In this document: positions 21,301-30,898 of the stretch, one piece after another
Numbering within the stretch: position 1 is the first letter of the stretch
Layout: each line of letters starts with the position of its first letter
Origin: Candidatus Saccharimonadota bacterium
GTDB taxonomy: Bacteria > Patescibacteriota > Saccharimonadia > Saccharimonadales > JACDBH01
Length of the DNA stretch: 64,000 nt
Direction of reading: 5' to 3'
NCBI GenBank assembly: GCA_013694995.1
Contig: JACDBH010000004.1
Location: forward strand, 256,995 to 320,994
Translations under genes and position numbers: made by a program
The notes under the pieces: generated by a model
Told to the model about the DNA's origin: nothing
What the model saw: the letters and a program-made list of their open reading frames with translations, nothing else
The model's database searches: none

Positions 21301-21946
21301 GCAGTTATTTGATGGTCGTACTGGTGAGGCGTTCAAAGAGCGTACCACTGTTGGCTCGATGTATATGATCAAATTGAACCACATGGTGACTGATAAGATT
21401 CATGCCCGTTCAACCGGTCCTTACACCATGGTTACTCAGCAGCCCCTTGGCGGCAAAGCCCAGAATGGTGGCCAGCGTTTTGGAGAAATGGAAGTCTGGG
21501 CGCTGGAAGCATATGGCGCCAGCCACACATTGCAAGAAATGCTGACAATTAAGTCCGATGATGTTTACGGCCGCTCGAAAGCCTACGAATCCATCATCAA
21601 GGGCACCGAAATCGTCGGTCCAAAAGTTCCAGAAAGCTTCAACGTTCTAGTAAAAGAACTTCAAGGTCTTGGACTTAAGGTAGATTTGCTTGATTTGTCT
21701 GCCAATAAACTGATTGACGCTGAGGAAGTACTAGCAGGCAACATTAAAGACGAAGCCGCACATATTGCTGATATAGACACATTACCGGAAGAAGTAACTA
21801 GTATTGATGTTACCGAAGAAGCTATAGAGAATGAGTTTATGACGGTTAGCGTCAGCGATGAATTACTTGATAACGACGAACCAGTGACAGTACCAACCGA
21901 TATGGATGATATTGAACAAGAAGTAACCGTAGAGGAGGCAAATTAA
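18374..21946 (+). CDS. rpoB: RNA polymerase beta subunit
   Basis: SQFMDQ, GDKLGGRHGNKG, GGQRFGEME; acidic C-terminal tail. Confidence 0.99.
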   Translation: MAKAITKKTLHAGKRVYFTKSDDFLDLPNLVDHQNKSFKWFVDEGLGELLAEVSPIDDYTGAKLSLRFKDYHFEDPKITETEARENNVSYDAPLKAVVELTNKVTGEIKEQEIYLGDYPWMTERGTFVINGAERVVVSQLIRSAGVFFTSDAHGGAFQFGAKVIPGRGAWLEFETASNGALYVKIDRKRKIAVTTLLKALGLTEAQIKDAFKHVDQGKLNYIEATIEKDPSKGSSEALIEVYRRLRPGDLATVDNARSLLENMFYNYKRFDFSRVGRYKINKRLDLDIPNTSENRVMRLEDLIAIIAEIIRLNNTQEPADDIDSLANRRVKLVGELVQRQFRIGLLRMERNAKDRMSMSEIETVSPGQLINARPIVAAVREFFASSQLSQFMDQINPLSELAHKRRLSSMGPGGLSRERAGFEVRDAHATHYGRICPVETPEGANIGLVLNLASYARINDYGFIETPYRKVVNAATAKEIAGHIASVDLEDDKGKVIVKAGKTITEADAKKLATVKKQVTWPVKAKVTKEVIYLDAAEEERVIIASSDSETDEDGHFLSDRVSARKYLQSSEVDSNDVTYIDAARRQVIGSSAGLIPFIEKNYVYRSLMGSNQQRQAVPLISPESPLVGTGMEGIAARNTGQLVVAEADGEVIRATGDEVIVKYKKGTVTYIPHHFVRSNEGTSINQKVVAVTGEKIKNGDVLIEGMSVRDGELALGKDLLVAFMPWSGYNFEDAIIISRRLVENDTLTSVNIVDYMTEVRETKLGPEIVTRDIPNVSEDALRHLDEEGIVRIGAEVHPGDILVGKITPKGEQELSSEERLLRAIFGEKAKEVRDTSQRMSNGKHGKVVGVKVFSRANGHELKAGVIMQIQVFVAQMRKIQVGDKLGGRHGNKGVIARILPAEDMPFTEDGTPMDIVLNPLGIPSRMNIGQLFETHLGMAARALGIKVASPSFNGVSIEKIQDLLNDAGLPRDGKQQLFDGRTGEAFKERTTVGSMYMIKLNHMVTDKIHARSTGPYTMVTQQPLGGKAQNGGQRFGEMEVWALEAYGASHTLQEMLTIKSDDVYGRSKAYESIIKGTEIVGPKVPESFNVLVKELQGLGLKVDLLDLSANKLIDAEEVLAGNIKDEAAHIADIDTLPEEVTSIDVTEEAIENEFMTVSVSDELLDNDEPVTVPTDMDDIEQEVTVEEAN

Positions 21947-21947
21947 T

Positions 21948-24900
21948 ATGCGTAAATTCAACTATGGTACCAATATCGCTGATTTTGACGCAGTCCGTCT
22001 TGCTGTTGCCAGCCCGGACGATATATTAGATTGGAGTTATGGTGAAGTTACCAAGCCTGAAACAATTAACTACCGTACCCAAAAGCCTGAACGCGATGGA
22101 TTGTTCTGCGAGCGTATTTTCGGACCGGTCAAAGATATAAATCCACACGACGCCAAATATAAAGGGTTGCGCTCGCGTGAAGCAGCCGTAGATAAGAATG
22201 GCGAACTGGTTACCCGCTCAATTGTTCGCCGAGAACGTATGGGACATATTTCACTCGCTAGTCCAGTTGCCCATATATGGTTTCTGAGGGGAACGCCGTC
22301 AGCCATAGGCTTACTTATAGGCATGACAGTTAAAAACCTAGAACGAGTTGCATATTTTGCTAATTATATCGTCAAATCCGTAAACATAGACAAGCGTGAT
22401 GCAATGCTGGCTGATAAAGAAGCTGAGTTTGCGGCTGCCCAGGAAGCTATAAAAACTCGTTACGAAACCGAAGCTGCCCTGGAAAATGCTAATATTAAAG
22501 CTTTGGCCGAGATGCAGACTAAAGAAATCGAAGAAATCAGCAAGGACTTTGAGTTCCTAAAAGAACAGCTTACAAATCTCGAAAGACTGCGCTTGCTATC
22601 TGAAACTGAATATCGCGAGCTGCCAGACGAAGTTCAAAGCATAATTACCGTTGGTATGGGTGGAACTGCACTCAAGGCACTACTTGAAGAGATTGATCTT
22701 AAAGAATTAATTAACAGTTTGACTATAGAGGCCGAAGCCGCCAAAGGCCAGCGTCGAAAAAAAATAATGAAGCGCCTAAGGCTGCTTGAAAATATGTATA
22801 ACGCTGGTATTAAGCCAAGCAGCATGTGTGTGACCGTACTTCCGGTAATTCCTCCCGATCTTCGCCCTATGGTCCAGTTAACCGGCGGCCGGTTTGCCAC
22901 GTCGGACATGAATGACCTTTATCGACGCGTCATCAACCGTAACAATCGCCTCAAGAAGTTGATTGAATTAAATGCCCCGGAAGTTATTCGCCGAAATGAA
23001 CAGCGTATGCTTCAGGAAGCAGTTGATGCATTAATTGACAACAATAATGCCCGCTCAGGTCGCGCCGTGGCTGCCACTGGGCAACGCCGACGTTTGAAGT
23101 CTCTCAGTGACCTACTGAAGGGAAAGCAAGGTCGTTTTCGCCAAAACTTGCTCGGTAAGCGTGTTGACTATTCCGGCCGATCAGTAATAGTTGCCGGCCC
23201 GGAACTTAAAATTAGCCAGTGCGGCTTACCTAAAATGATGGCACTTGAACTCTTCAAGCCATTTGTTATCGGACGCCTAATTGCCGAGGGTTACGCCCAC
23301 AATATCCGCTCTGCGACGCGCATGATCGAGACCGGTGAAACTGAAGTATGGGACGCATTAGACGAAGCCATCAAGGGCAAATATGTGCTATTAAACCGTG
23401 CACCATCACTACATAGGCTTAGTATCCAGTCATTTATGCCAGTATTAATAGAGGGACGGGCTATACAGCTACACCCACTAGTCTGCAAAGGCTTCAACGC
23501 TGACTTTGACGGCGACCAAATGGCTGTTCATTTGCCGCTTTCTGACGCTGCCCAAGCCGAAGCCCGTGACATTATGGCCGCCAACAAAAACTTACTAAAA
23601 CCTGCCGATGGTTCTCCAATCCTACATATCGAACAAGATATCGTGCTTGGTTGCTACTACCTGACCTATATTCGACCAGGAGCTATTAAAAAAATAAAAT
23701 CGTTTGCTAGCTTAGAAGAAGCCCTGATGGGCTTTGATAACGGTACGATAGAACTACAGAACAATGTTAGGTTAAATTTCCGTGGTGAAATTCGTGAAAC
23801 TACCCTTGGGCGAATACTATTCAACGAAATTTTCCCAGATGATTTTCCATTCCAAGATGAAGCAATGACTAAGAAGAAGTTATCGGCAGTCATGGCTCAA
23901 GTCTATAGTTTGTATGGCCAAGACCGCACGGCTGAGATTGCTGATGATTTGAAAGATTTAGGTTTTGAATATGCAACCATGTCCGGTCTTTCAATGGGCA
24001 TGGATGACTTTGCTGAAATTAAAGGCATGGACAAAATTATCGGCCAAGCAGGCCACCGCGTAACTGAAATTAGTGAACAATATGAGCAAGGCTTCATTAC
24101 AGACGAAGAGCGTTACCGCTTGACCGTCGAAACTTGGATGACAGCGGATAGCAATGTCCAAAGCACGCTTTCCGAGCAATTTGCAACAGAGGACAGCGCT
24201 ATGGCAATCGCCGCTACTTCTGGCGCTCGGGGTAATATTGGCCAGGTTAAAAACACCGTTGGTTTGCTTGGTGTTACTACCGATGCAACCGGAAAAGCTA
24301 TCGAGCTACCTATTAAATCAGGCTACAAAAAGGGATTAACGGCACTTGAATACTTTACAGCCACCCGTGGCGCACGCAAAGGTATGATCGATACGGCGCT
24401 AAAGACCGCTGACTCTGGCTACTTAACCCGCCGGCTTGTTGATGTTGCCCAAGACGTCTTCACAATCGAAGAAGATGTCGAAGATCCAGGTTTTGCTATC
24501 TATCGTGCTGATGCCGAAGAAATCGGCGTTGCTTACGCTTCCCGTTTGGAGGGACGTTTTGCCGCCGAAAAAATTGGTTTGTATGTAAAAAAAGGTGGAT
24601 TAATTGACAAAAAAGCAGCTGAAGCAATTGAAGCTGATGCGGACCTAGACGGCGTTAGAATCAAAAGCGTTCTAAGTGTTGCTACCGCCCGCGGAATTCC
24701 TGCCAAGTGCTATGGTATTGATCCTGCAACTGGCATGTTGGTAGCTAAAGCTCACCCAATCGGTGTCATTGCGGCTCAAAGTATTGGCGAACCTGGCACA
24801 CAACTGACGTTGCGTACGTTCCACGGTGGTGGTTCTGCTGCGGCTGAAGATATTACTCAAGGTCTGCCTCGCGTTGAAGAAATTTTTGAAGTCCGTACAC

Positions 24901-25766
24901 CTAAAGGACAAGCTTATTTAAGTGATGTGCCTGGTCTTGCAAGTGTATGGGAAGAGGGCGATAAATACATTGTCCAGATTACAAGCGACCAAATAGACTC
25001 GTTAAAACTTCCGCTTGATGGACGCAAAAAGAAAGTTCAAACTGGTAGTGACATTGCTATCGGTGATGTGATTGCAGAGGGTGATGATGGCAGTAATCCG
25101 TTAATTGCACCTATGGCGGGCAAGGTTGAATTTAGTGACAAAATAGCTAATATCAGCCCAGCCAAGCAAGCTGTTGTGCGCTACGAAATACCTGGATTCA
25201 AGCAAGTCGTAGTACAAGATGGTGACCATGTAATTGCTGGACAGCGAATAACGAATGGTTCAATCAACCTACATGAGCTAATGCGCTTGCAGGGTGTTGA
25301 GGCGACACAGCGCTATATCATGAACGAAATTCTTAAGATTTTTGCATCCCAGGGTCAGAATATCGCTGATAAGCATCTTGAAATAATTGTCCGTCAGATG
25401 TTTGGTCGCGTTCAAATTGAGGAATCGGGAGACTCGGAATTCGTAACGGGTGACGTGATAAGTAAGCAGTCGGTCATTGAAATGAACGACAAGCTAGTAA
25501 AGGCCAAAAAACACCCAGTCAAATATAATCAGCTTCTACTTGGGATTACCAAAGCTAGCTTAAGCACTGATTCCTTCTTGTCGGCTGCAAGTTTTCAGGA
25601 TACTACCCGTGTGCTTATAGCGGCTGCTACTAGTGGTAAGGTTGACTATCTGTACGGCCTAAAGGAAAACGTAATCTTAGGCCGTCGCATACCTGTCGGA
25701 ACTGGTGCACGAGAACTTATGGCGCAAGAAGCCGAAGATGCTCTCGACCGTGCCGCCATTGCGTAA
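21948..25766 (+). CDS. rpoC: RNA polymerase beta' subunit
   Basis: NADFDGDQM, GEPGTQLT, SAASFQ. Confidence 0.99.
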   Translation: MRKFNYGTNIADFDAVRLAVASPDDILDWSYGEVTKPETINYRTQKPERDGLFCERIFGPVKDINPHDAKYKGLRSREAAVDKNGELVTRSIVRRERMGHISLASPVAHIWFLRGTPSAIGLLIGMTVKNLERVAYFANYIVKSVNIDKRDAMLADKEAEFAAAQEAIKTRYETEAALENANIKALAEMQTKEIEEISKDFEFLKEQLTNLERLRLLSETEYRELPDEVQSIITVGMGGTALKALLEEIDLKELINSLTIEAEAAKGQRRKKIMKRLRLLENMYNAGIKPSSMCVTVLPVIPPDLRPMVQLTGGRFATSDMNDLYRRVINRNNRLKKLIELNAPEVIRRNEQRMLQEAVDALIDNNNARSGRAVAATGQRRRLKSLSDLLKGKQGRFRQNLLGKRVDYSGRSVIVAGPELKISQCGLPKMMALELFKPFVIGRLIAEGYAHNIRSATRMIETGETEVWDALDEAIKGKYVLLNRAPSLHRLSIQSFMPVLIEGRAIQLHPLVCKGFNADFDGDQMAVHLPLSDAAQAEARDIMAANKNLLKPADGSPILHIEQDIVLGCYYLTYIRPGAIKKIKSFASLEEALMGFDNGTIELQNNVRLNFRGEIRETTLGRILFNEIFPDDFPFQDEAMTKKKLSAVMAQVYSLYGQDRTAEIADDLKDLGFEYATMSGLSMGMDDFAEIKGMDKIIGQAGHRVTEISEQYEQGFITDEERYRLTVETWMTADSNVQSTLSEQFATEDSAMAIAATSGARGNIGQVKNTVGLLGVTTDATGKAIELPIKSGYKKGLTALEYFTATRGARKGMIDTALKTADSGYLTRRLVDVAQDVFTIEEDVEDPGFAIYRADAEEIGVAYASRLEGRFAAEKIGLYVKKGGLIDKKAAEAIEADADLDGVRIKSVLSVATARGIPAKCYGIDPATGMLVAKAHPIGVIAAQSIGEPGTQLTLRTFHGGGSAAAEDITQGLPRVEEIFEVRTPKGQAYLSDVPGLASVWEEGDKYIVQITSDQIDSLKLPLDGRKKKVQTGSDIAIGDVIAEGDDGSNPLIAPMAGKVEFSDKIANISPAKQAVVRYEIPGFKQVVVQDGDHVIAGQRITNGSINLHELMRLQGVEATQRYIMNEILKIFASQGQNIADKHLEIIVRQMFGRVQIEESGDSEFVTGDVISKQSVIEMNDKLVKAKKHPVKYNQLLLGITKASLSTDSFLSAASFQDTTRVLIAAATSGKVDYLYGLKENVILGRRIPVGTGARELMAQEAEDALDRAAIA

Positions 25767-25924
25767 CCACAATCAATCTGTTAAAATACATTGAAGAGTT
25801 TCACTAATTTAGCAATCTTGGGCAGGTGAACACTTTTTGAGTAATTAGGTTCGTGCTGAACTTATGTTCTAAAAGTTATCGCCTGTATCCTCGACAACAA
25901 ATTCATTTTTTAGGAGAATTTACA

Positions 25925-26338
25925 TTGCCTACAATTAACCAACTGGTTCGTAAGCCGCGCACGAGCTCAAAAGCTAAAAGCAAAAGCCCAGCACTGCATC
26001 GCGTCACCAACAATCTTCATACCAAATCATACGAGAAACCATCGCCTTTTAAGCGTGGTGTCTGTATTAAAGTAACAACCAAGACACCAAAAAAGCCGAA
26101 CTCGGCTCTACGTAAAGTTGCTCGTGTTCGTTTGAATAACGGCTACGAAGTCTGGGCTTACATTGGCGGCGAAGGCCATAACCTACAAGAGCATGCAGTT
26201 GTTCTGATTCGTGGTGGCCGGGTACCTGACCTTCCTGGCGTCCGTTACCACATTGTTCGCGGCAGCCTTGACCTCCAGGGCGTTGCCAATCGCAAACGCA
26301 GCCGTTCCAAGTACGGCGCCAAGAAGGGTAGTAAGTAA
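25925..26338 (+). CDS. rpsL: 30S ribosomal protein S12
   Basis: TTG start after [23 protein letters not shown]. Confidence 0.97.
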   Translation: MPTINQLVRKPRTSSKAKSKSPALHRVTNNLHTKSYEKPSPFKRGVCIKVTTKTPKKPNSALRKVARVRLNNGYEVWAYIGGEGHNLQEHAVVLIRGGRVPDLPGVRYHIVRGSLDLQGVANRKRSRSKYGAKKGSK

Positions 26339-26339
26339 T

Positions 26340-26816
26340 ATGCCACGCAAGGTAACCAAAGCACTGGTACGCGAAGCGGCACCAGACCGCGTCTATAACA
26401 ACCAGCAAGTCACCCGCCTTATTAACCGCATTATGCGAGACGGCAAGAAGCAGACAGCTGAGAGACTTGTCTATAGCGGCATGGAAAAAGCCGCTAAAAA
26501 GGTTAAAAATGAAAATCCACTGGAAGTTTTTGAAAAAGCCATGGGCAATATCCGTCCTCACATGGAAACCCGTTCCCGACGCGTCGGCGGTGCTAATTAC
26601 CAAATTCCTTTTGAGGTAAAGGGCCAGCGCCAGCATCATTTAACTACTATGTGGTTTGTATCTGCCGCTCGTTCCCGTAAAGGCATGAGCATGGAAGATC
26701 GAATCGCAGTCGAGCTTGTCGATGCTTTCAACAATACTGGCACGGCAGTCAAAAAACGCGAAGATGTTCATAAAATGGCTGATAGTAACCGAGCCTTTGC
26801 TCACTTTGCGAGATAG
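26340..26816 (+). CDS. rpsG: 30S ribosomal protein S7
   Basis: MPRK, RRVGGANYQIP, NRAFAHF; start trimmed to ATG 26340. Confidence 0.97.
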   Translation: MPRKVTKALVREAAPDRVYNNQQVTRLINRIMRDGKKQTAERLVYSGMEKAAKKVKNENPLEVFEKAMGNIRPHMETRSRRVGGANYQIPFEVKGQRQHHLTTMWFVSAARSRKGMSMEDRIAVELVDAFNNTGTAVKKREDVHKMADSNRAFAHFAR

Positions 26817-26818
26817 AT

Positions 26819-27103
26819 TTGAACGAAGCTTTTAAATTAGTTCAAAATAGGACTGATGCTCAAGAATTAGTAGATATTTTCGCACCAGAGAATTGCAAAA
26901 ACTGCGAAGGGCTTGAAGCTCAGGCAGAAGTAGTTGGAAACGAAAAAGTGCAGTGGCATCTTATCAACGACATAACAGATGTTTTACATTCTAATTCTTC
27001 CTCACAGAAATTAAGATATTTAGTTAGGAGTATTCGGGATGCGAAAACCTCATGTCCAGGTAAAACGCCTAATGGAATGTGCCGATTAGACGTAGGTAAA
27101 TAA
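26819..27103 (+). CDS. Hypothetical 4-Cys protein between rpsG and fusA
   Basis: 94-aa ORF filling the gap, TTG 2 nt after the rpsG stop; CKNC...C-x8-C. Confidence 0.6.
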   Translation: MNEAFKLVQNRTDAQELVDIFAPENCKNCEGLEAQAEVVGNEKVQWHLINDITDVLHSNSSSQKLRYLVRSIRDAKTSCPGKTPNGMCRLDVGK

Positions 27104-27142
27104 CCTTAAGATTATTAAAATATTGATTGGACGACAGATAAT

Positions 27143-29230
27143 ATGGTAGCTAAGAAAACAGCAATGAAAGACATACGCAACATGGGCATTATTGCTCATA
27201 TTGATGCCGGTAAAACTACTACTACTGAAGGCATACTGTACCGTACTGGCCTAAAGCACAAAATCGGTGCGGTACACGACGGTGAGACCACTACTGACTG
27301 GATGGCTCAAGAACGAGAGCGAGGTATCACAATCGTATCGGCCGCTGTCACTTGTTACTGGAAAGACCATCAGATTAATATCATCGATACTCCAGGTCAT
27401 ATTGACTTCACAGTCGAGGTAGAACGTAGTTTGCGAGTGCTTGACGGTGCCTGTGTAGTGTTTGATGGCAAAATGGGTGTAGAATCACAGTCTGAGACTG
27501 TATGGCGTCAGGCTACAAAATACGGCGTACCTCGTATATGCTTTATCAATAAAATAAACCAGACAGGTGGGGATTTCTATAAATCGCTAGACTCCATTCA
27601 TAACCGTCTTACTAAGCGTGCCTTTCCTGTTCACCTGCCCATAGGTTTTGAGCAAGGGATTAATGGTGTAGTCGATTTGGTATCGATGAAATCGTACACC
27701 TATAAAGAATTTACTGATAAAGAGCTTGTTGTGGGAGAAATTCCAGAAGATATGATGGATCAAGTCAAGAAATATCGCAGCTTACTCATCGAAAATGCTG
27801 TCGCAGAAGACGAAGCCGTCTTAGAAAAATACTTTGAAGTGGGCGAAGAAGGCTTAACTGAAGCCGATATAAAGCAAGCTATCCGTACTGCAGTGTTAGG
27901 CGGACAGTTTTATGTAGTAACCGGTGGTGACGGTCGGGGTGTGATAGTCGAAAAACTACTAGATATGTTTGTCGATTATCTGCCTAACCCTCTTGACCGT
28001 GGCTCTACTTGGGGAACGCACCCTAAAACTGGTGACGAAATAGAGCGTAAGCCAGATGAATCAGAGCATCTTGCCGGACTTGCTTTCAAAATTACTACCG
28101 ATCCATTCGTAGGCAAATTAGCATATTTCCGCGTTTATTCCGGCAAGCTAAGTGCAGGCTCATACATCCTTAATAGCTCAACCGGTGAAAAAGAACGTAT
28201 CGGCCGTATTGTCCGTATGCAGGCTGATAAGCGGGAAGATGTTACCGAGGTAACAGCAGGTGACATTGCGGCTATCGTTGGGCTCAAAGGAACGACCACA
28301 GGACATACTTTAAGCGATCTGAATAATCCAATAGTACTCGAAAGCATTACTTTCCCTGAGCCTCCAGTTAGTATCGCTATTGAGCCCAAGACCAAAGGCG
28401 ACCAGGAAAAAATGGGTATCGCCATGCAGCGCCTGGCTGAAGAAGATCCGACTTTCCGTATAAAAGTTGACGATGAAACAAATCAAACAATTATTTCGGG
28501 TATGGGCGAGCTTCACCTAGAAATTATCGTTGATAGAATGAAACGTGAATTTGACGTAGAAGCCAATATCGGTGCACCACAAGTTGCATATAAGGAAACC
28601 ATACGTAAGGACGGCGTGGAAGCCCAGGGTAAATTCATTCGTCAGTCTGGTGGCCGTGGACAATATGGCGACGCTTGGTTGCGTATCAGCCAGAACGAAC
28701 AAGGCAAGGGTTTTGAGTTTATCAATTCTATCAAGGGCGGAGTAATACCGGGTGAATACATTAAACCAGTCGAAGAAGGCGTAAAAGAAGCCATGACTAC
28801 TGGTGTTGTTGCAGGCTATCCTGTAGTTGACGTTAAGGTAGAGCTATATGATGGTAGCTATCATGATGTTGACTCCTCGGAGATGGCCTTTAAGATTGCT
28901 GGCTCGATGGGATTCCAAGAAGCCATGAAAAAGGCTAGCCCTGTGCTCCTAGAACCTATTATGAAAGTCGTTGTTGTGACTCCTGAGGAATTCATGGGTG
29001 ACGTTATTGGCGATCTCAATAGCAAGCGTGCTCGCATCGAATCCATGGAAGATTTAAGCTCAGGTATAAAGGAAATAACTGCTTTCGTACCATTGGGTGA
29101 AATGTTTGGCTACACCACTGCCTTACGTAGCTCCACTAAAGGTCGGGCAAGTTCAAGTATGGAACTCGATCACTACGCCGACGTACCTAATCATGTGGCT
29201 GATGCCATAGCATCAAAAAGAGCTAAATAA
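27143..29230 (+). CDS. fusA: Elongation factor G with atypical G4 and G5 motifs
   Basis: AHIDAGKTT, ERGITI, DTPGH, GMGELHL, GGRGQYG, YHDVDSS; canonical str-operon position. Confidence 0.98.
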   Translation: MVAKKTAMKDIRNMGIIAHIDAGKTTTTEGILYRTGLKHKIGAVHDGETTTDWMAQERERGITIVSAAVTCYWKDHQINIIDTPGHIDFTVEVERSLRVLDGACVVFDGKMGVESQSETVWRQATKYGVPRICFINKINQTGGDFYKSLDSIHNRLTKRAFPVHLPIGFEQGINGVVDLVSMKSYTYKEFTDKELVVGEIPEDMMDQVKKYRSLLIENAVAEDEAVLEKYFEVGEEGLTEADIKQAIRTAVLGGQFYVVTGGDGRGVIVEKLLDMFVDYLPNPLDRGSTWGTHPKTGDEIERKPDESEHLAGLAFKITTDPFVGKLAYFRVYSGKLSAGSYILNSSTGEKERIGRIVRMQADKREDVTEVTAGDIAAIVGLKGTTTGHTLSDLNNPIVLESITFPEPPVSIAIEPKTKGDQEKMGIAMQRLAEEDPTFRIKVDDETNQTIISGMGELHLEIIVDRMKREFDVEANIGAPQVAYKETIRKDGVEAQGKFIRQSGGRGQYGDAWLRISQNEQGKGFEFINSIKGGVIPGEYIKPVEEGVKEAMTTGVVAGYPVVDVKVELYDGSYHDVDSSEMAFKIAGSMGFQEAMKKASPVLLEPIMKVVVVTPEEFMGDVIGDLNSKRARIESMEDLSSGIKEITAFVPLGEMFGYTTALRSSTKGRASSSMELDHYADVPNHVADAIASKRAK

Positions 29231-29521
29231 ATGGCATATGAACCATTAGACAACGAACCGATTTCACAAGTTGGGATGCGTAATAATCTCACAACTTCAC
29301 GTATCGGCAAGGTACTTTTAGAAAAAAGCCGAAATTCCATAGGTGCGTTAGCAGAAGTAGGGAAAGCAATTGGAAGACTTGGGATGACTGGAGTCTCTTG
29401 GGGGGCTAGTAGTTTGATTAAAAAATACGAAGATAGCTGTAAGCAATTACATCTAGATGATCCAAGAACACTGGACCAACATGATACAGATCCGCCCGAT
29501 AACCCTTTACAAACTTCTTAA
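29231..29521 (+). CDS. Hypothetical protein between fusA and tuf
   Basis: 96-aa ORF whose ATG immediately follows the fusA TAA. Confidence 0.55.
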   Translation: MAYEPLDNEPISQVGMRNNLTTSRIGKVLLEKSRNSIGALAEVGKAIGRLGMTGVSWGASSLIKKYEDSCKQLHLDDPRTLDQHDTDPPDNPLQTS

Positions 29522-29630
29522 TTTGGGCTATTATTCATCTGTAACTCGCGTGAGGGCTATTGCTGTAGTGTCAGTAATTATGGATCGCGAACATATATAA
29601 ACCAAGCCTAATTAAGGAGAAAAACACTTC

Positions 29631-30812
29631 ATGGCAAACTTCAACCGAGACAAACCACACGTAAACGTCGGTACCATGGGTCATGTCGACCACGGTAAAA
29701 CTACCCTAACAGCAGCTATTACGAGCGTGCTTGCTAAAAAATTGCCTAGTGACATCAATAAATCTGTTGCTTATGACCAAATCGACAACGCTCCGGAAGA
29801 AAAAGCCCGAGGTATAACTATCGCTACCTCCCACCAAGAATATGAGAGCGAAAAGCGCCACTATGCACACGTTGATATGCCGGGTCACGCTGACTACGTC
29901 AAGAACATGATTACCGGCGCTGCACAAATCGATGGAGCTATATTAGTTGTGTCTGCTGCTGATGGTCCTATGCCTCAGACTCGCGAACATGTTTTGCTTG
30001 CTAAGCAAGTGGGTGTTCCAAGCATCTTAGTTTTCATGAATAAAATGGACTTAGCGGACGCAGACCTTGTAGAGCTTGTAGAAATGGACATCCGCGAATT
30101 GCTTGCCAAATATGATTTTGATGAAAATGCACCGATTATCAAAGGCTCAGCAACCAAGGCGCTGGAAGGCGATGCTGCTAACGAAGACTCGATCATGGAG
30201 CTTATTAAAGCCATGGACGATTTTGTTCCTGAGCCAAAGCGCGAACTTGACAAGCCTTTCTTGATGCCTATTGAGGATGTCTTCTCAATTAAAGGTCGTG
30301 GCACAGTTGCTACTGGCCGTGTGGAACAAGGTGTAGTCAAGGTCAACGAAGAAGTCGAAATTGTTGGTATCCGTGCTACTACCAAATCTGTTGTAACTGG
30401 TGTTGAAATGTTCAAGAAAAATCTTGATCAGGGTCAGGCTGGTGACAACGTCGGTATACTGCTTAGAGGTATAGAACGTGATGACATAGAGCGCGGCCAG
30501 GTTTTGGCTAAACCCGGTACAATTACTCCACACACAGAATTTGATGCTGAAGTTTATATCCTAACTAAAGAAGAAGGTGGACGACACACACCATTCTTCA
30601 AAGGATATAAACCACAATTTTACTTCCGCACAACGGACGTAACAGGTGAAGTTGAACTCCCAGCAGATAAAGAAATGGTCATGCCTGGTGATACAATCAC
30701 CTTTAAGGTCACATTGCTAGCTCCTATTGCTATGGAGCAGGGACTTCGCTTTGCAATCCGCGAAGGTGGCCGTACGGTTGGTGCTGGAGTGGTAACGAAA
30801 ATCAATAAATAG
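29631..30812 (+). CDS. tuf: Elongation factor Tu
   Basis: [32 protein letters not shown]. Confidence 0.99.
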   Translation: MANFNRDKPHVNVGTMGHVDHGKTTLTAAITSVLAKKLPSDINKSVAYDQIDNAPEEKARGITIATSHQEYESEKRHYAHVDMPGHADYVKNMITGAAQIDGAILVVSAADGPMPQTREHVLLAKQVGVPSILVFMNKMDLADADLVELVEMDIRELLAKYDFDENAPIIKGSATKALEGDAANEDSIMELIKAMDDFVPEPKRELDKPFLMPIEDVFSIKGRGTVATGRVEQGVVKVNEEVEIVGIRATTKSVVTGVEMFKKNLDQGQAGDNVGILLRGIERDDIERGQVLAKPGTITPHTEFDAEVYILTKEEGGRHTPFFKGYKPQFYFRTTDVTGEVELPADKEMVMPGDTITFKVTLLAPIAMEQGLRFAIREGGRTVGAGVVTKINK

Positions 30813-30834
30813 AAAATTTAGTGTACTATTAAGC

Positions 30835-30868
30835 ATAGAGCCTCGCAAAATACCGGGGCTCTATTTTT
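30835..30868 (+). terminator. Intrinsic terminator after tuf
   Basis: ATAGAGCCTCG / CGGGGCTCTAT stem followed by a T-run. Confidence 0.85.
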
Positions 30869-30898
30869 ATTGATTAACCTTTCTTAAAACTATAAAAA

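Noticed and set aside
29546..29556. CGCGTGAGGG resembles a 16S rRNA segment
   Set aside because: The match is only about 10 nt with no flanking rRNA similarity.
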